Shown here: positions 24,801 to 37,200 of the stretch, one piece after another
Position numbering within the stretch: position 1 is the first letter of the stretch
How the letters are laid out: the number at the start of each line of letters is the position of its first letter
Assembly (NCBI GenBank): GCA_030324005.1
Contig: JARDVH010000137.1
Location: 18,936,011-19,000,010, forward strand
Length of the DNA stretch: 64,000 nt
Reading direction: 5' to 3'
DNA from: Negaprion brevirostris
Lineage: Eukaryota
Translations under genes and position numbers: made by a program
The notes under the pieces: model-generated
What the model saw: the letters and a program-made list of their open reading frames with translations, nothing else
What the model was told of the DNA's origin: nothing
Database searches by the model: none

Positions 24801-26214
24801 CTTGATTGAATGCATATTTACATATAATCAACGTATGCAACCATATTATGACAATTAAGGACATAGATTTACATTAGTACTAAGTTGTCACTTCTGAAGA
24901 TATTTTATGCTGATAATGTGCTTTGATGACACATGTGACAGCTGTTCTCCAAACAGAGAAAAACTCTTGTCCTGGAAAATATGGAAATATACACTTTACA
25001 GGCAGAATTTTCCCATCCCACCCACCACGAGAATCACAGCAGGCGGGACACAGGCCATGCAAAAGTCCATTGACCCCGGTGGGATTTTCCAGCTCTGGGG
25101 TGAGCAATGCCGAAAAATCCCGACTATCTTTTATATTGCCAGGTGACAGGATGAGGTATGGAAAATAAACACATTTTCCTATTGGCCTTCCAAATGAGCT
25201 CACAGTCACTTGTAGCATGTGACAAAGTAAAATAATCAGAGCAACATTTGGTGATCAACAGGGTCTCAATGCCAGTGCTGCTGTCCTGGAATCCGAATGT
25301 ACAATACAAATAGATATTGAGATCAAAGTGCTTTGAACAGATGGCTGCTGAATCCTGGTTCAGAAGAAATAAATTTGGGAACATAAATTCCAAGAAAATG
25401 TGCACTGATTGTTTTGAATAAGATGTGCATCTGCAGCACACTGCTGCCACCATCCATGTATTCGAGAAGGTTTAGAAGGTTGTGGCCAGGATCAGCACCT
25501 TTTCAGTTTTCATCTTCATTTCCTTCAGTAATCTATGATATATCCAATCCAGATTGGGTGATTTATCCAATTCAATTTACTGGCAGCCTTTCCATTAACT
25601 CATTCAATAGCAACAATCTTCCTGTTTATGGTAGCTTTGGTCAAATCCTCTCTCATAACAAACACAGGCACAAAATATTTCAGATGCGTTTTCTTCCTTT
25701 ACTAATAAATTTTCATTTTGGCCCCTCATTGGTGCCATCATTCCTCTGACAACTTATTTACTGTTGAAATACCTACAGAAGACTTTGGGATTCTCTTTTA
25801 TATCAGCTGCCAATCTATTTCTNNNNNNNNNNTATACTAAACAATGCAGTACATTTAGTAAGTGAATAGTATAACATTTTAGTTAGGCAATCTTAAAAAT
25901 CTGTTAGTTCAAAGGATAAAATATACTACATGTCAGACAGCGGGTGAGTGTGAGTTTCATATTACAATCCAACATATGAGCTAAATGCGAGGCTTGGCTA
26001 ATCCAAACAAACAGCATTTACAAAATGTTAGAATTTCAGACATATAGCTTTATAACGTGACTGTTGTTATGCTCAAGTTCAACATCATCAGGGTAGAAGA
26101 GGAAGTGGAAGAGGAAAACTGGAAGAGGAAAATCTAATGAGCTCCAACACTCGTTTTGCACTGCTTCCCAACTTAAAATTCACCTCCACAAATCACCTTC
26201 TTGGACACTTTTAC

Positions 26215-26313
26215 CTGTGTAGGCAAAATGCAGCCTCCTCGTAAATGAACATTTATTGTATCCAAAGGTGCTTGCAGTATAATGTACTGGCCTTTACTAC
26301 ATACAGCAGAACC
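26215..26313 (-). CDS. GAA: GAA copy 1, exon 17
   Basis: 99 nt, [33 protein letters not shown], tag/gtaaa. Confidence 0.92.
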
Positions 26314-26925
26314 CTAAAAATTGAAATACACATGATCAGAGAAAGAGGTACTAAAATAATAACATTTATAACTACATATGCACATATAAATAATACATTA
26401 TGCACTGAGAAGAATTAGTTTGACTTTAGTTAATCCAGTTCATTATTGCTGGATTAGAATGGAGTAGATAATTTGGGTTGAGTTAAAAAATTTACTGGAT
26501 ACTGCACGTAAACTGTTTTGTATTTCACTGGACCAACCCTGGAGTAAAACATTTTTGTGACTCTTCTCGGGTTTCGTACAAGCAAAATAAAACTGCTTAT
26601 TGTAGACTAATATTACTAAGCAGACAAAATGAAGTGAAACAAAAAGATGAGCTGGACAGACGCACAGACTTTTCGATCTGTTTTGAACGGTATCTCAGAT
26701 CAGGCAGTGGCACAGTGTGAGAAGGTTCACCCAGTATCCTCAAACTATAACCCCTAGTTCTGGACTTCCCCACCCTTGGGAACATTCTTTCTGAATTTAT
26801 TCTGTCTAACCCTTTGATTTGATTTGATCTGATTTATTATTGTCACTTGTATTGATATATACTGAAAGATATTGTTTTTTGCGCACGATACAGACAAAGC
26901 ATATCAAGCAGAGAAGGACAGAGTG

Positions 26926-27051
26926 TGCAGTATAATGTACTGGCCTTTACTATATACAGCAGAACCCTAAGAATTGAAATACACATAATCAGAGAAAGAG
27001 GTACTAAAATAATAATAAATTTTGTAACTACATATGCACATATAAATAATA
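26926..27051 (-). repeat. Local duplicate of the GAA exon 17 5' half plus acceptor and intron (source 26273-26395)
   Basis: tgcagtataatgtactggcctttacta(c/t)atacagcagaaccctaa..gcacatataaataata is present at both sites. Confidence 0.92.
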
Positions 27052-27946
27052 ATTGCAGTCTGTGGGTTAGGTAGTGTTACAGTCATAGCTAGGGTATAGA
27101 GAAAGATCAACTTAATATAAAGTAGGTCCATTCAAAAGTCTGATGGCAGCAGAGAAGAAACTGCTCTTGAGTTGGTTGATACATGTCCTCAGACTTTTGT
27201 ATCATTTTCCTGACAGAAAAAGGTGGAAGAGAGTATGTCTGAGGTGCGTGGGTTTTTTTTTTTTATTTTGCTGGCTGTTTTTCCGAGAAATGAAGACAGT
27301 GTCAATGGATGAAAGGCTGGTCTGAGTGATGGACTGGGCTTCATTCATGGCCCTTTGTAATTTCTTGTGGTTTTGGCAGAGCAGAAGCCATTACCAAGCT
27401 GTGATACAACCAGAAAGAATGCTTCCTATGGCGTATCTGTAGAAGTTGGTGAGAGTCATAGCTGATATGCAAAATTTTCTTTGTCTTCAAAGAAAGTAGA
27501 GGCATTGATGGGCTTTCTTAACTATAGTGTCGGCATGGAGGGACCAGGACAGGTTGTTGGTGATTGGGATACCGAAAAACCTGAAGCTCCGGGCCATTTC
27601 TGCTTAGTCCCCACTGATGTGGGTAGGTGCACGTTCTCCACTTCCTGAAGTTGACGACTATTTCCTTCGTTTTGTTGATATTGAGGAAGAGATTATTGTT
27701 GTCACACCAATTCCTCTATCTCATTCCTGTACTCTGTCTCGTCATTGTTTGAGATGTGACCCACTCTAGTGGTATCATCAGCAAACTTGAAAATTGAGTT
27801 GAAAGGGAAGCTGTCCATACAGTCATAGATGAATAAGGAGTATAGTAAGGAGCTGAAGACAGCCTTGTGGGGCACCAGAGTTGAGGATGATTGTGAAGGC
27901 GGTGTCATTGATTATCTTTACTGATTGTAGTCTGTGGGTTAGGAAG

Positions 27947-28225
27947 AGGGCAGCATGGTGGCACAGTGCTTAGTAGGGATCCAAGTGCAATTCTCAGCTT
28001 GGGCGACTGTGTGTGTGGAGTTTGCACATTCTCCCCATTTCTTTGTGGGTTTCCTTTTGGTGCTCTGGTTTCCTCCCACAATCCAAAGGACATGCAGGTT
28101 AGGTGCTAATTCTCCCTCAATGCACCCGAACAGGTGCCAGAGTGAGATGACTAGGGGATATTCACATTATCTTCTTTGTCATGTTAATGTAAGCCTACTT
28201 GTGACACTAATAAAATAAAACGTTT
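27947..28225 (+). mobile_element. HE1-type SINE nested in the Rex1 LINE
   Basis: gggcagcatggtggcacagtg..gactgtgtgtgtggagtttgcacattctcccc..cctacttgtgacactaataaa. Confidence 0.8.
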
Positions 28226-28372
28226 TAAAAAAGTTCAGGACCCAGTTGCTGAGGGTGGAGCTGAGCCCGAGGCCACGGAGCTTGGGGATTAATTTTGTAG
28301 GAATAACGGTGTTTAAGTCTGAGCTGTAGTCAATAAATAGGAGTCCGACATAGGTGTCTTTGTTATCTAGGT

Positions 28373-28503
28373 GTAAAAAGTCTGACAACACCAGGTTTAA
28401 GTCCAACCGATTTATTTGACCAAATAAATTGGTTGGACTTAAACCTGGTGTTGTCAGACTTTTTACTGTGTTTACCCCCGTCCAACACTGGCATATCCAC
28501 ATC
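28373..28503. mobile_element. Hairpin Penelope pseudo-LTR end with 12-bp TSD
   Basis: Near-perfect palindrome 28373-28466; ttatctaggtgt at 28363-28374 and 28504-28515. Confidence 0.85.
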
Positions 28504-29959
28504 TTATCTAGGTGTTCCAGGGTTAAATGCAGGACCAGGGAGATGGCATCCGCTGCTGCACTGTTAAGCGAACTGTAGTGGATTCAGGCAAGCTAGGAGG
28601 TCGCAATTGATTCATGCCATGACTAACTTTTTTGAAGCACTTCATAATGATGGATGTCAGAGCCACCGGACGATAATCATTAAGGCACGCTGCTTGGTTT
28701 TTCTTTGGTATCAGGATGATGGTCGTCTTCTTGAAGCAAGGAGAAACCTCAAATTGGTGTAAAGAAAGGTTGAAGTTGTCCAGGAATACCCCCCATCAGC
28801 TGGTCTGCAAAGGATCTGAGTGCTCATTCGGGTGCCCTATCCAGGCCAGTCACTTTCTGTGGGTTGACCTTCGAAGGCTGCTCTGACATTTGCAAAGGTA
28901 ACCTCAGATACAGGTTTGTCTGAGGCTTCTGAGCTGGAGGGTGTGCTCTCACTGACCTCTTGCTCAAAACAGGCATAAAATGCATTGAGCTCAGCAGAAT
29001 GGGGTGCTTTGGTGCTAATTCTACATGCCTTCATCTTGTAGCCTGTAATATCTTGCAGACCTTGCTATAGTTGGCGGTGTGGCTAGCCTGGGACTCTAGC
29101 TTAGTCCGGTACTGTATTTTGGCATTTTTGATGGATCCCCGTACATCGTACCTGGCTTTCTTGTATAGGTCGAGGTTGCCGGATTTGAACACCTCAGACT
29201 TAGGCTTCAGAAAGCAGTGGATATCCCTGTTCATCCATGGTCTCTGGTTGGGAAATGGACGGATTTGCATCTTTGGCACACAGTCTTCTATACGCATACT
29301 AATGAAGTCAGTTACTGTAGTGGCGTACTCTTTCAGATTGGTTGCTGAGTTTTAAAATACTGACCAGTCCACTGACTAAGTAGTCTCATAGGAGATCATC
29401 TGATACCTCAAACCAAAATTGCACGACTTCCTTTAACGATTCTCCTGTTTCAGCTTTTGCTTGTAAGATGGGAGCAGGAGCACAGTCTTGTGGTCTAATT
29501 TGTCCAAGTGCGGGCAGGCAATAGAGCAGTAGGCATATTTGATATTTGTGTAGCAGTGGTCTAGGATGTTTTGGGCCTCTGGTGGATCAGGAGACATTTT
29601 GATCGTATTTTGTAGGATGCTCTTGAGCTTGGCCTGATTGTAAGTTTCCATGAGATCCCCTCTCGCTTTCTAAATGCCAGTGAATATAATTCTAACCAAC
29701 TTAGTCTTTCCTCACATCACAGAACTGCCATCCCAGGAATCAGCCTGGTAAACCATTGCTATACACCCTCTATAGCAAGGACATCCTTCCCCAGGCAAGA
29801 ACACCAAAACTGCACACAATACGCCAGGTGTGGTCTCACCAACGCCCTATATAATTGCAACAAAACATCCCTGTGCTCAAATCCTCTCGATTTGAAGACC
29901 AACATATCTTCTTTACTGCCAGCTCTACCAGCGCGCTTACTTTCAGTGACTGATGCACG

Positions 29960-30452
29960 AGGACAACAAAATCTTGCTGATTTTGTACAGTGTATGCAAG
30001 AGGGTTTCCTGACACAGTATGTGGATAAGCCAACAAGAGGTGGGGCCACATTGGACTCAGTACTGGGTAATGAACCGGGCCAAGTGTTAGATTTATTTGT
30101 GGGAAAGCACTTTGGAGAAAGTGACCACAATTCGGTGTCCTTCATTGTTGCAATGGAGAGGGATAGGGTCACATGGCAGGGCAAGGTTTATATTTGGGGC
30201 AGGGATAATTATGATGCGATTAGGCAAGAATTAGGAAGCATAAGATGGGAACAGAAACTGTCAGGGAAAGGCACAAATGAAAAGTGGAGCTTGTTCAAGG
30301 AACAAATACCACGTGTCCTTGATCGGTATGTCCCTGTCAAGTGGGGAGGAAATGGCAGAGTGAGGGAACCATGGCTCACAGAAGAGGTCGAATGCCTTAC
30401 CAAGAGGAAAAAGGAAGCATATGTAAGAATGAGGAAACGAGGTTCAGTTCGC
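29960..30452 (+). mobile_element. CR1/HER1 LINE ORF2 fragment (endonuclease C-terminus and linker), running into a gap
   Basis: FVQCMQEGFLTQYVDKPTRGGATLDSVLGNEPGQV..GESDHNSVSF..EPWLT. Confidence 0.85.
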
Positions 30453-31789
30453 ANNNNNNNNNNNNNNNNNNNNNNNNNNNNNNNNNNNNNNNNNNNNNNN
30501 NNNNNNNNNNNNNNNNNNNNNNNNNNNNNNNNNNNNNNNNNNNNNNNNNNNNNNNNNNNNNNNNNNNNNNNNNNNNNNNNNNNNNNNNNNNNNNNNNNNN
30601 NNNNNNNNNNNNNNNNNNNNNNNNNNNNNNNNNNNNNNNNNNNNNNNNNNNNNNNNNNNNNNNNNNNNNNNNNNNNNNNNNNNNNNNNNNNNNNNNNNNN
30701 NNNNNNNNNNNNNNNNNNNNNNNNNNNNNNNNNNNNNNNNNNNNNNNNNNNNNNNNNNNNNNNNNNNNNNNNNNNNNNNNNNNNNNNNNNNNNNNNNNNN
30801 NNNNNNNNNNNNNNNNNNNNNNNNNNNNNNNNNNNNNNNNNNNNNNNNNNNNNNNNNNNNNNNNNNNNNNNNNNNNNNNNNNNNNNNNNNNNNNNNNNNN
30901 NNNNNNNNNNNNNNNNNNNNNNNNNNNNNNNNNNNNNNNNNNNATGGGGAGAACATGCAAACTCTACACAGACAGTGACCCGAACCGCAGTTGAACTCAG
31001 GTCCCTGATGCTGTGAGGCAGCAGTGCTGACCACTGTTCAAAGTTTCCAGGGGTTGCTCCCTTACCATCTGGCATCACCCTTGAAAATGCTTTACTTCAT
31101 TCTAGCTCCTGTCCCTGTGTCCTTATTTGGAAGATCAGGATGGTGATTGTGCACAGTCCTCCAAGTGTGGTCTGACCAAGACTCTCTTAGCCACTGTGCA
31201 GGTCTGTTGTTGGAAGTTTGTGTGATGTTCTGGACAATGTCTTGGCTGGGATTCAGCCCACTGTCTGGAGTAAATTAAGGAAGGCTGAAGGGGAGTTGAC
31301 AAGCTGCTTTCACTGTTGACTATTCTACTACCGCTGATGTACGCAATTTGTCTGGCAACATGACTCTGCAGACTTAGGTCCGGAGTACATTATTCATCGA
31401 ATAACATTGATCTGACTGTTAGTATGCATGACTTTCAGACTGTGCTGGGTAAGAGGCTAACATTTGGGAAGCTTTCCAAACTGGTTTCAGCCAGACAGCT
31501 GACTGTTCGACAAAACCCTGAATGTTCTCATTTTGAAACTCTGAATCTGAAAGAACACACAGGCAGGAGAAGGCCATTCAATCCCTGAAACCTCTTCCAC
31601 TATTCATCTGTGATCTACATCCTCACTCCATTCACCCACTTTCCTTCCATATCTCTTCATACCCTTATTCGCAAGAAATCTAACTGTCTTCGATATAAAA
31701 TCATTAATCAGGAGAGGCAATGGCCTGGTGATATTATTGCAAATTCAGAAACTCAACTAATGTTCAGGTTTGAATCCCCACCATGGCCT

Positions 31790-32300
31790 AGAATCCCCAC
31801 AATCCCTACGGTGCAGAAGGAAGCCATCCGGCCCATTGAATCTGCACCAACCACAATCTCACCCAGCTGCTAACCCCATAACCCCACGCATTTACCCTGC
31901 TAACACCAAGTGGCAATTTAACATGGCCAATCAACCTATCCTGCACACCTCTGGAGTGTGGGAGGAAACCAGAGTACCCGGAGGAAACCCACGCAGACAT
32001 GGGAGAACGTGCAAACTCCACACAGACATCCTGTTACTTGGGGGCATAACTATAAGGCTCATGGTGGGAGATATAGGAGGGATGTCCAAGGTAGACTCTT
32101 TACTCAGAGAGTGGTTGGGGTGTGGAATACACTGCCTGCTGTGATAGTGGAGTTGGACACTTTAGGAACTTTCAAGCAGTTATTGGATAGGCACATGGAG
32201 CACTCCAGAATTATAGGGAGGGGATAGCTCGATCTTGGGATTGGACATAGCTCGGCACAACATTGAGGGTCGAAGGGCCTGTACGGTGCTGTAACGTTCT
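31790..32300. mobile_element. SINE remnant (minus) followed by a CR1 3' end (plus)
   Basis: ggaggaaaccagagtacccggaggaaacccacgcagac; FTQRVVGVWNTLPAVIVELDTLGTFKQLLDRHM. Confidence 0.65.
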
Positions 32301-32309
32301 ACCTTTCTA

Positions 32310-33490
32310 TGAGTATCCACCCCTCTCAACTTACACCCATTCAAGTAATAATCAGTCTCCCTATTATTGCTACCAAAGTGGATTTATCTACATTATACTG
32401 CATGTGCCAAGCAGTTGCCCGCACACAGCCTGTCCAAATCATGCTGAAGCATCTTTGCATCCTCCTCACAACTCACCTTCCCACCCAACTTTGTATCATC
32501 TACAAATTTGAAGATAATACATTCAGTTCCCGCTTCCAAATCATTAATATATAATATGAACAGTTGAGGTCTTCGCACAAACCCCTGCAGAATCCCACTA
32601 TCACTGACTGCCAATCAGAAAAAGACCCATTTATGCTCTCTTTGCTTCCTATCTGCTAACCAGCTTTCTACCCATCTCAAGACATTACCTGCTATCCCAC
32701 GTGCTTTAACTTTACATACTAGTTTGTTATGCGAGACCTTGTCCAAAGTCTTCTGAAGGTCTAAATGAATCATATTCACTGGTTCTCCTCAGTCAACTCT
32801 ACTAGTTACATCCTCATAGAATTCCAATAGATTCATAAAGCATGATTTCCCTTTTGTAAATCCATGTTGATTTTGTTTGATTATACCATTGCCTTCCAAA
32901 TGTTGAGTTGTGAAATCCTTGATAATGGACTCTAGTAACTTCCCCGTACAGACATCAGGCTCATTGGTCTATAGTTCCCTGTTTTCTCTCTACCTCCCTT
33001 TCTCAATAGTGGGCTTACATTAGCTACCCTCCAATCTGTATGAACCAGCCCATCATCCAAAGAATTTTGGAAAATAACCACCAATGGATCTACTATTCCC
33101 AGGGCCACTTCCTTAAGTACTCTGGGATGAAGATTATCAGGATATAATCAAGGAGATTTATTCATCTTCAATCCCACTGATTTCCCCAAAACCATTTCTC
33201 TACTAATGCTGATTTTCTTCAGCTCCTCATTAAAACTTGTTTCTGTCAGAACTTCTGGTACATTATTTATGTCTTACTTTGTGAAGATTGAAGCAAAGTA
33301 TGCATTTAATTCCTTGGCATTTCTTTATTCCTCATTATGAATTCTCCCGTTTCTGACTGTAAGGAGCCTACATTCGTTTTTGTCAATCCTTTTCTGTCTA
33401 CTTACCTTTTAGAGTCAGGTTTTTATTTTCCCTGCTAGCTTATTTTCATACTCTATTTTTCCCTTCTTAATCAACCCCTTGGTCCTCCTT
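32310..33490 (-). mobile_element. CR1 LINE RT fragment
   Basis: SGILQGFVRRPQLFILYINDLEAGTECIIFKFVDDTKLGGKV. Confidence 0.8.
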
Positions 33491-33528
33491 ACATCATATG
33501 ACATCATCTCACATCTTATAACACTTAC

Positions 33529-33670
33529 ATCATGTAGACTGTACCATTTTGTTGGGGGAAAATAACCAGACACCTCTACTGTTTTAGGTTCCAATACCGG
33601 AGTGATGAGAAGTGCTTCTCCCCACATGAACTGATGATCAATGCTTGGCGTGTTTGGATCTTGAGGGAAT
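33529..33670 (-). CDS. GAA: GAA copy 1, exon 16
   Basis: 142 nt, FPQDPNTPSIDHQFMWGEALLITPVLEPKTVEVSGYFPPTKWYSLHD, tag/gtaag. Confidence 0.94.
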
Positions 33671-36600
33671 CTAAAGCCAAGAAAGAACAGCATTTGTATA
33701 TCTGGAGTAACTCCAATGAAAGAAAAGATCAGACTGAAGTTAATTAACTATTGCTTTTTTGCCATCCAAAGCTACGACAGGCATATACATATTTATAAAC
33801 ATTTGAGGGATCTCTCAATTGGCACATCAAAAATTGTAGGTTGAGCAAAGGCCAGACGTTTCTCCTTAAAGGAGAGATAACTGNNNNNNNNNNNNNNNNN
33901 NNNNNNNNNNNNNNNNNNNNNNNNNNNNNNNNNNNNNNNNNNNNNNNNNNNNNNNNNNNNNNNNNNNNNNNNNNNNNNNNNNNTGGAAAATCTGTCTGCA
34001 AAAGTCAGCCCATGGCTATTCCAACCATCTGGCACAAAACATAATTAAGGTGTTAGAGACCAGTCGGTCCACTTGATGCCTCATTCGGTTTTTGCATTTG
34101 CACAATATACTGAATTACAATTTCAAACACACGGAGTGCTGAAATTATATACACTTCCAAGCTACACCAGAAATAACTTGTTTGCAGTTGGACCAATGAA
34201 CGTAGGAACATTATTACTGGAAGCCTGTTCTGCCATTCACCTTGATCACTGATGATCTGTAGTTCAACTCTTTTTAAACAACTTCATTTCACATCCCTTA
34301 ATATCCTTACCCAACAAAAATCTATTGATCAGTACTGAAAATTTCGATTGACTCAGTATCCAATCTTTTGGGGAAGCAAGTTCCCGATTTCCACCATTCA
34401 TTCTGTGGAAAAATTGCAATCTGATTTCATTCCTACAAAGCCTAGCTTTAATTTAAGATTATGCCCTATTGTTCTGGATTCCTCCACTGAAGGAATAATT
34501 TCTCTTTATCTACCCAAAGAAAATCCCTGTAATATTTGAAATAGCTCAATTAAATCCCCTCCAATTTTCTAAACTCAAGGCAGTTCCACCCAAGTTTTTG
34601 TGACTTGTCCTGAAATATGAACCCTCCAAGATCTGGTACCATTCTCATGAATCAACAAGGTACACCTTGTAAGGTCATTATATTGCTCCTGAGATCCAGT
34701 CCCCCAATAGTAAACTCAATATTTCAGGCTTTATATAACAGAAGCACAGTTTAACCCTCATAAGCCAGCCCCCTGAAAATAGGTCAAAAATCTATTAGAA
34801 TATTTTAAAATTATTTTAATGAGTTATGTGCACTAAATTTGAATCACTGTATTCCTCCACACTTCTTGCCTCCCATCATTGGGAATATATTCCCATTTGT
34901 CGAACACAGGTCCAAAATGAATAAATTCATGCTTTCCCATATGGAACTAAATCTTTGTGCCATGATTTTCACTTATTTTATCTATGTCCCTCTGTTCGCC
35001 ATCTTCCCATCACACTACTTACTGTTCCTCCTAACTTAATGTTATCTGCACACTTAAATATAAAATATTATCTGAATTAAATGAAAAGCTAAAACTACAG
35101 CAACACCACTTATCATATCCTGCAATCAGATAGCAAAGATGAACAGGAGTAGGCCATATCAACCTCTCGACTTTGTTCTGCCATTCAATATGAACACGGC
35201 TAATCTAACTCCATATACCCACCTTGACCCAAAATCCCTTGATATATTTGTTAACAATAATCCATTAACCTCAGATTTAAAATTAAGGATTCATCTTTAT
35301 AAATTGCTATTTGCAGAAGAGTTCTACCTTTCTTTCTAAATAGAAGCACTTCACAATTCCATTCCTGAAAGATCTGCCTTCAATTTTATTTTACAACGTC
35401 TCCTCGCCCAAGACTCTTCAAGCAGCATATAGTTTCTCTTTATCTATTCACCTTAATATCATGAAAACTTTAATCAAATCACCTCCTTACGTTGAATTCC
35501 AAGGAATTGTGTAATCTTTCCTGGTAATTTGTCTCTTGGAGTATGGGCAACACTTTGGTAAATTCTCGCTCCAGTCCGTTCATAACCAACGTGGTCTTCC
35601 CATGATGTGATGTTGGTTCCCAAGAACTGCTGAGAGCACTCCAGCTGTGGTCTAACAAACCCCCCCATTCTTACTTTTGGTCTTTTACCTCCCAAACACA
35701 AGTCCCAAAGTTACCTCTGATTCCAAGAGTTGTAATTTTTGATAATAACATCTTGTGCAGATTGGAATGTTATATTGGTCACTCAGTTTAAATCTGGATG
35801 AAGAGTGCTGGACCAATAAAGAGTCATTACATTAAAAAATAATTGTCACAATTGAGAAATGTTACCAGGTAAGGACATGAAAAGTTTTTAGGGATTGTGC
35901 TTGATATGCAACCTGAGTGGTAAATGGTAAAATGTGAACACATTAGATTTCCGATAATCCAAATTTTAGCTCTGAAATAAGCTAACAGTCAAAGTTTGAA
36001 GTTTGGGTAAAAAAGTGACCGAATCATTTGAAACAGTCCAAACTTTTTGCGTGGGGAGGCCAGATTTTGATGTTTTTCTCATTCAAGGGGCCAATAAGCA
36101 AACTTTGGAATGATCAGGTTTGGCACATTAATCGTGAATTTTAAAAACAGGTGACATTTGAAAAGAAACAATTTATTGAGCAAAACAACAACATCAAACA
36201 ATAAACTCAAAATTTAAAAGAGAGTTATAAAGATGATTATTCTCACTTTTGCGTCTCTAACACTACCCTTTGTAATATAAACACACACTCCCCTCTCCCT
36301 CTCCCACGCGCACATGTTCTTCCCGCTCCTCCCCTCACGTACACAGACATCCTCACTCTCAAACCCCATCTCTCTCACACAAACACCGATTACATGCCCC
36401 TCTCCATCACATCATTGATTACATTCCCCTCTCTCTCCGAGACCCGCTCCTCCTCTCCCTCCCTCTTGCCCTGGAACTTAGCTTGAAAACTTACTTTCCC
36501 CACTATTTCCTGTTTGTCCAATTACAGGGTGTTTTTTTCCTGCATGATTGGACAAATAGTTTTACAGCATTTTCCAAACGTACATCAGTTGAAAGTCCAA

Positions 36601-37051
36601 TGAGCTTGGAAGCCAAATTCAGAGACCTTTGAGGTCACAATGTGGCCTGCGGCTGGAGAAATCTGATCTAAAACTAACACTCAAGCAAAACAGATCATGA
36701 AGTAGTTTCTACTTATGCTTGAATATAGCTATTACTAATTTCCAACCTCATTGGATAGCAGGTCTTTTGTTTTACACACAGTACTAAAAGGTTACATAGT
36801 CAAATGACAGTGGCCAAACAACTGGAAGTAATGTGAATGATAAAATATGAACCCTCTAGATTTCTGATGACACAAGGTTTAGTTGTAGAATCAACCAACA
36901 GAGAAAGTTTGAAGTTTCAATTCAAATATGACTGGATTATCAGGAACACATTCACAAGGAAAATATAAGATCAGAATTTGTTTCTGGTTCCTCAGGTACA
37001 GCTATGATTTTTAAATCTTGTTTCAAATAGTACTAAAAAAAGGTAACATAC

Positions 37052-37200
37052 TCAAATGACAATGGTCGAACAACCATCTCTCCAGCAGAATGGGCTTTAT
37101 GGAAAAGTGTGTAAAGGAAAGGGAGCAGCATGTATCTTGTGAAGAGAGCTTTCCGCATTGCTGATTGTGCTGACTCGCTGAAGACGTATGGCTCCTGAGA
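37052..37200 (-). CDS. GAA: GAA copy 1, exon 15
   Basis: 149 nt, [50 protein letters not shown], cag/gtatg. Confidence 0.94.

Larger units (their letters stand above)
26814..29650 (-). mobile_element. Rex1/Babar-clade LINE (~2.8 kb, decayed EN-RT), inserted into a CR1 fragment and carrying nested insertions
   Basis: LDHCYTNIKYAY..DHKTVLLLPSYKQKLK; FPNQRPWMN; HLDNKDTYVGLLFIDYSS; KFADDTT..ISNNDETEYRNE; (atcaa)n tail. CR1 sequence on both sides (26720-26812, 29650-29915). Confidence 0.8.

Noticed and set aside
30209-31078. Long ORFs spanning N runs (also 59078-59660, 40388-40909, 47883-48392 and others)
   Set aside because: Open only because of assembly gaps; the real parts are LINE or SINE sequence
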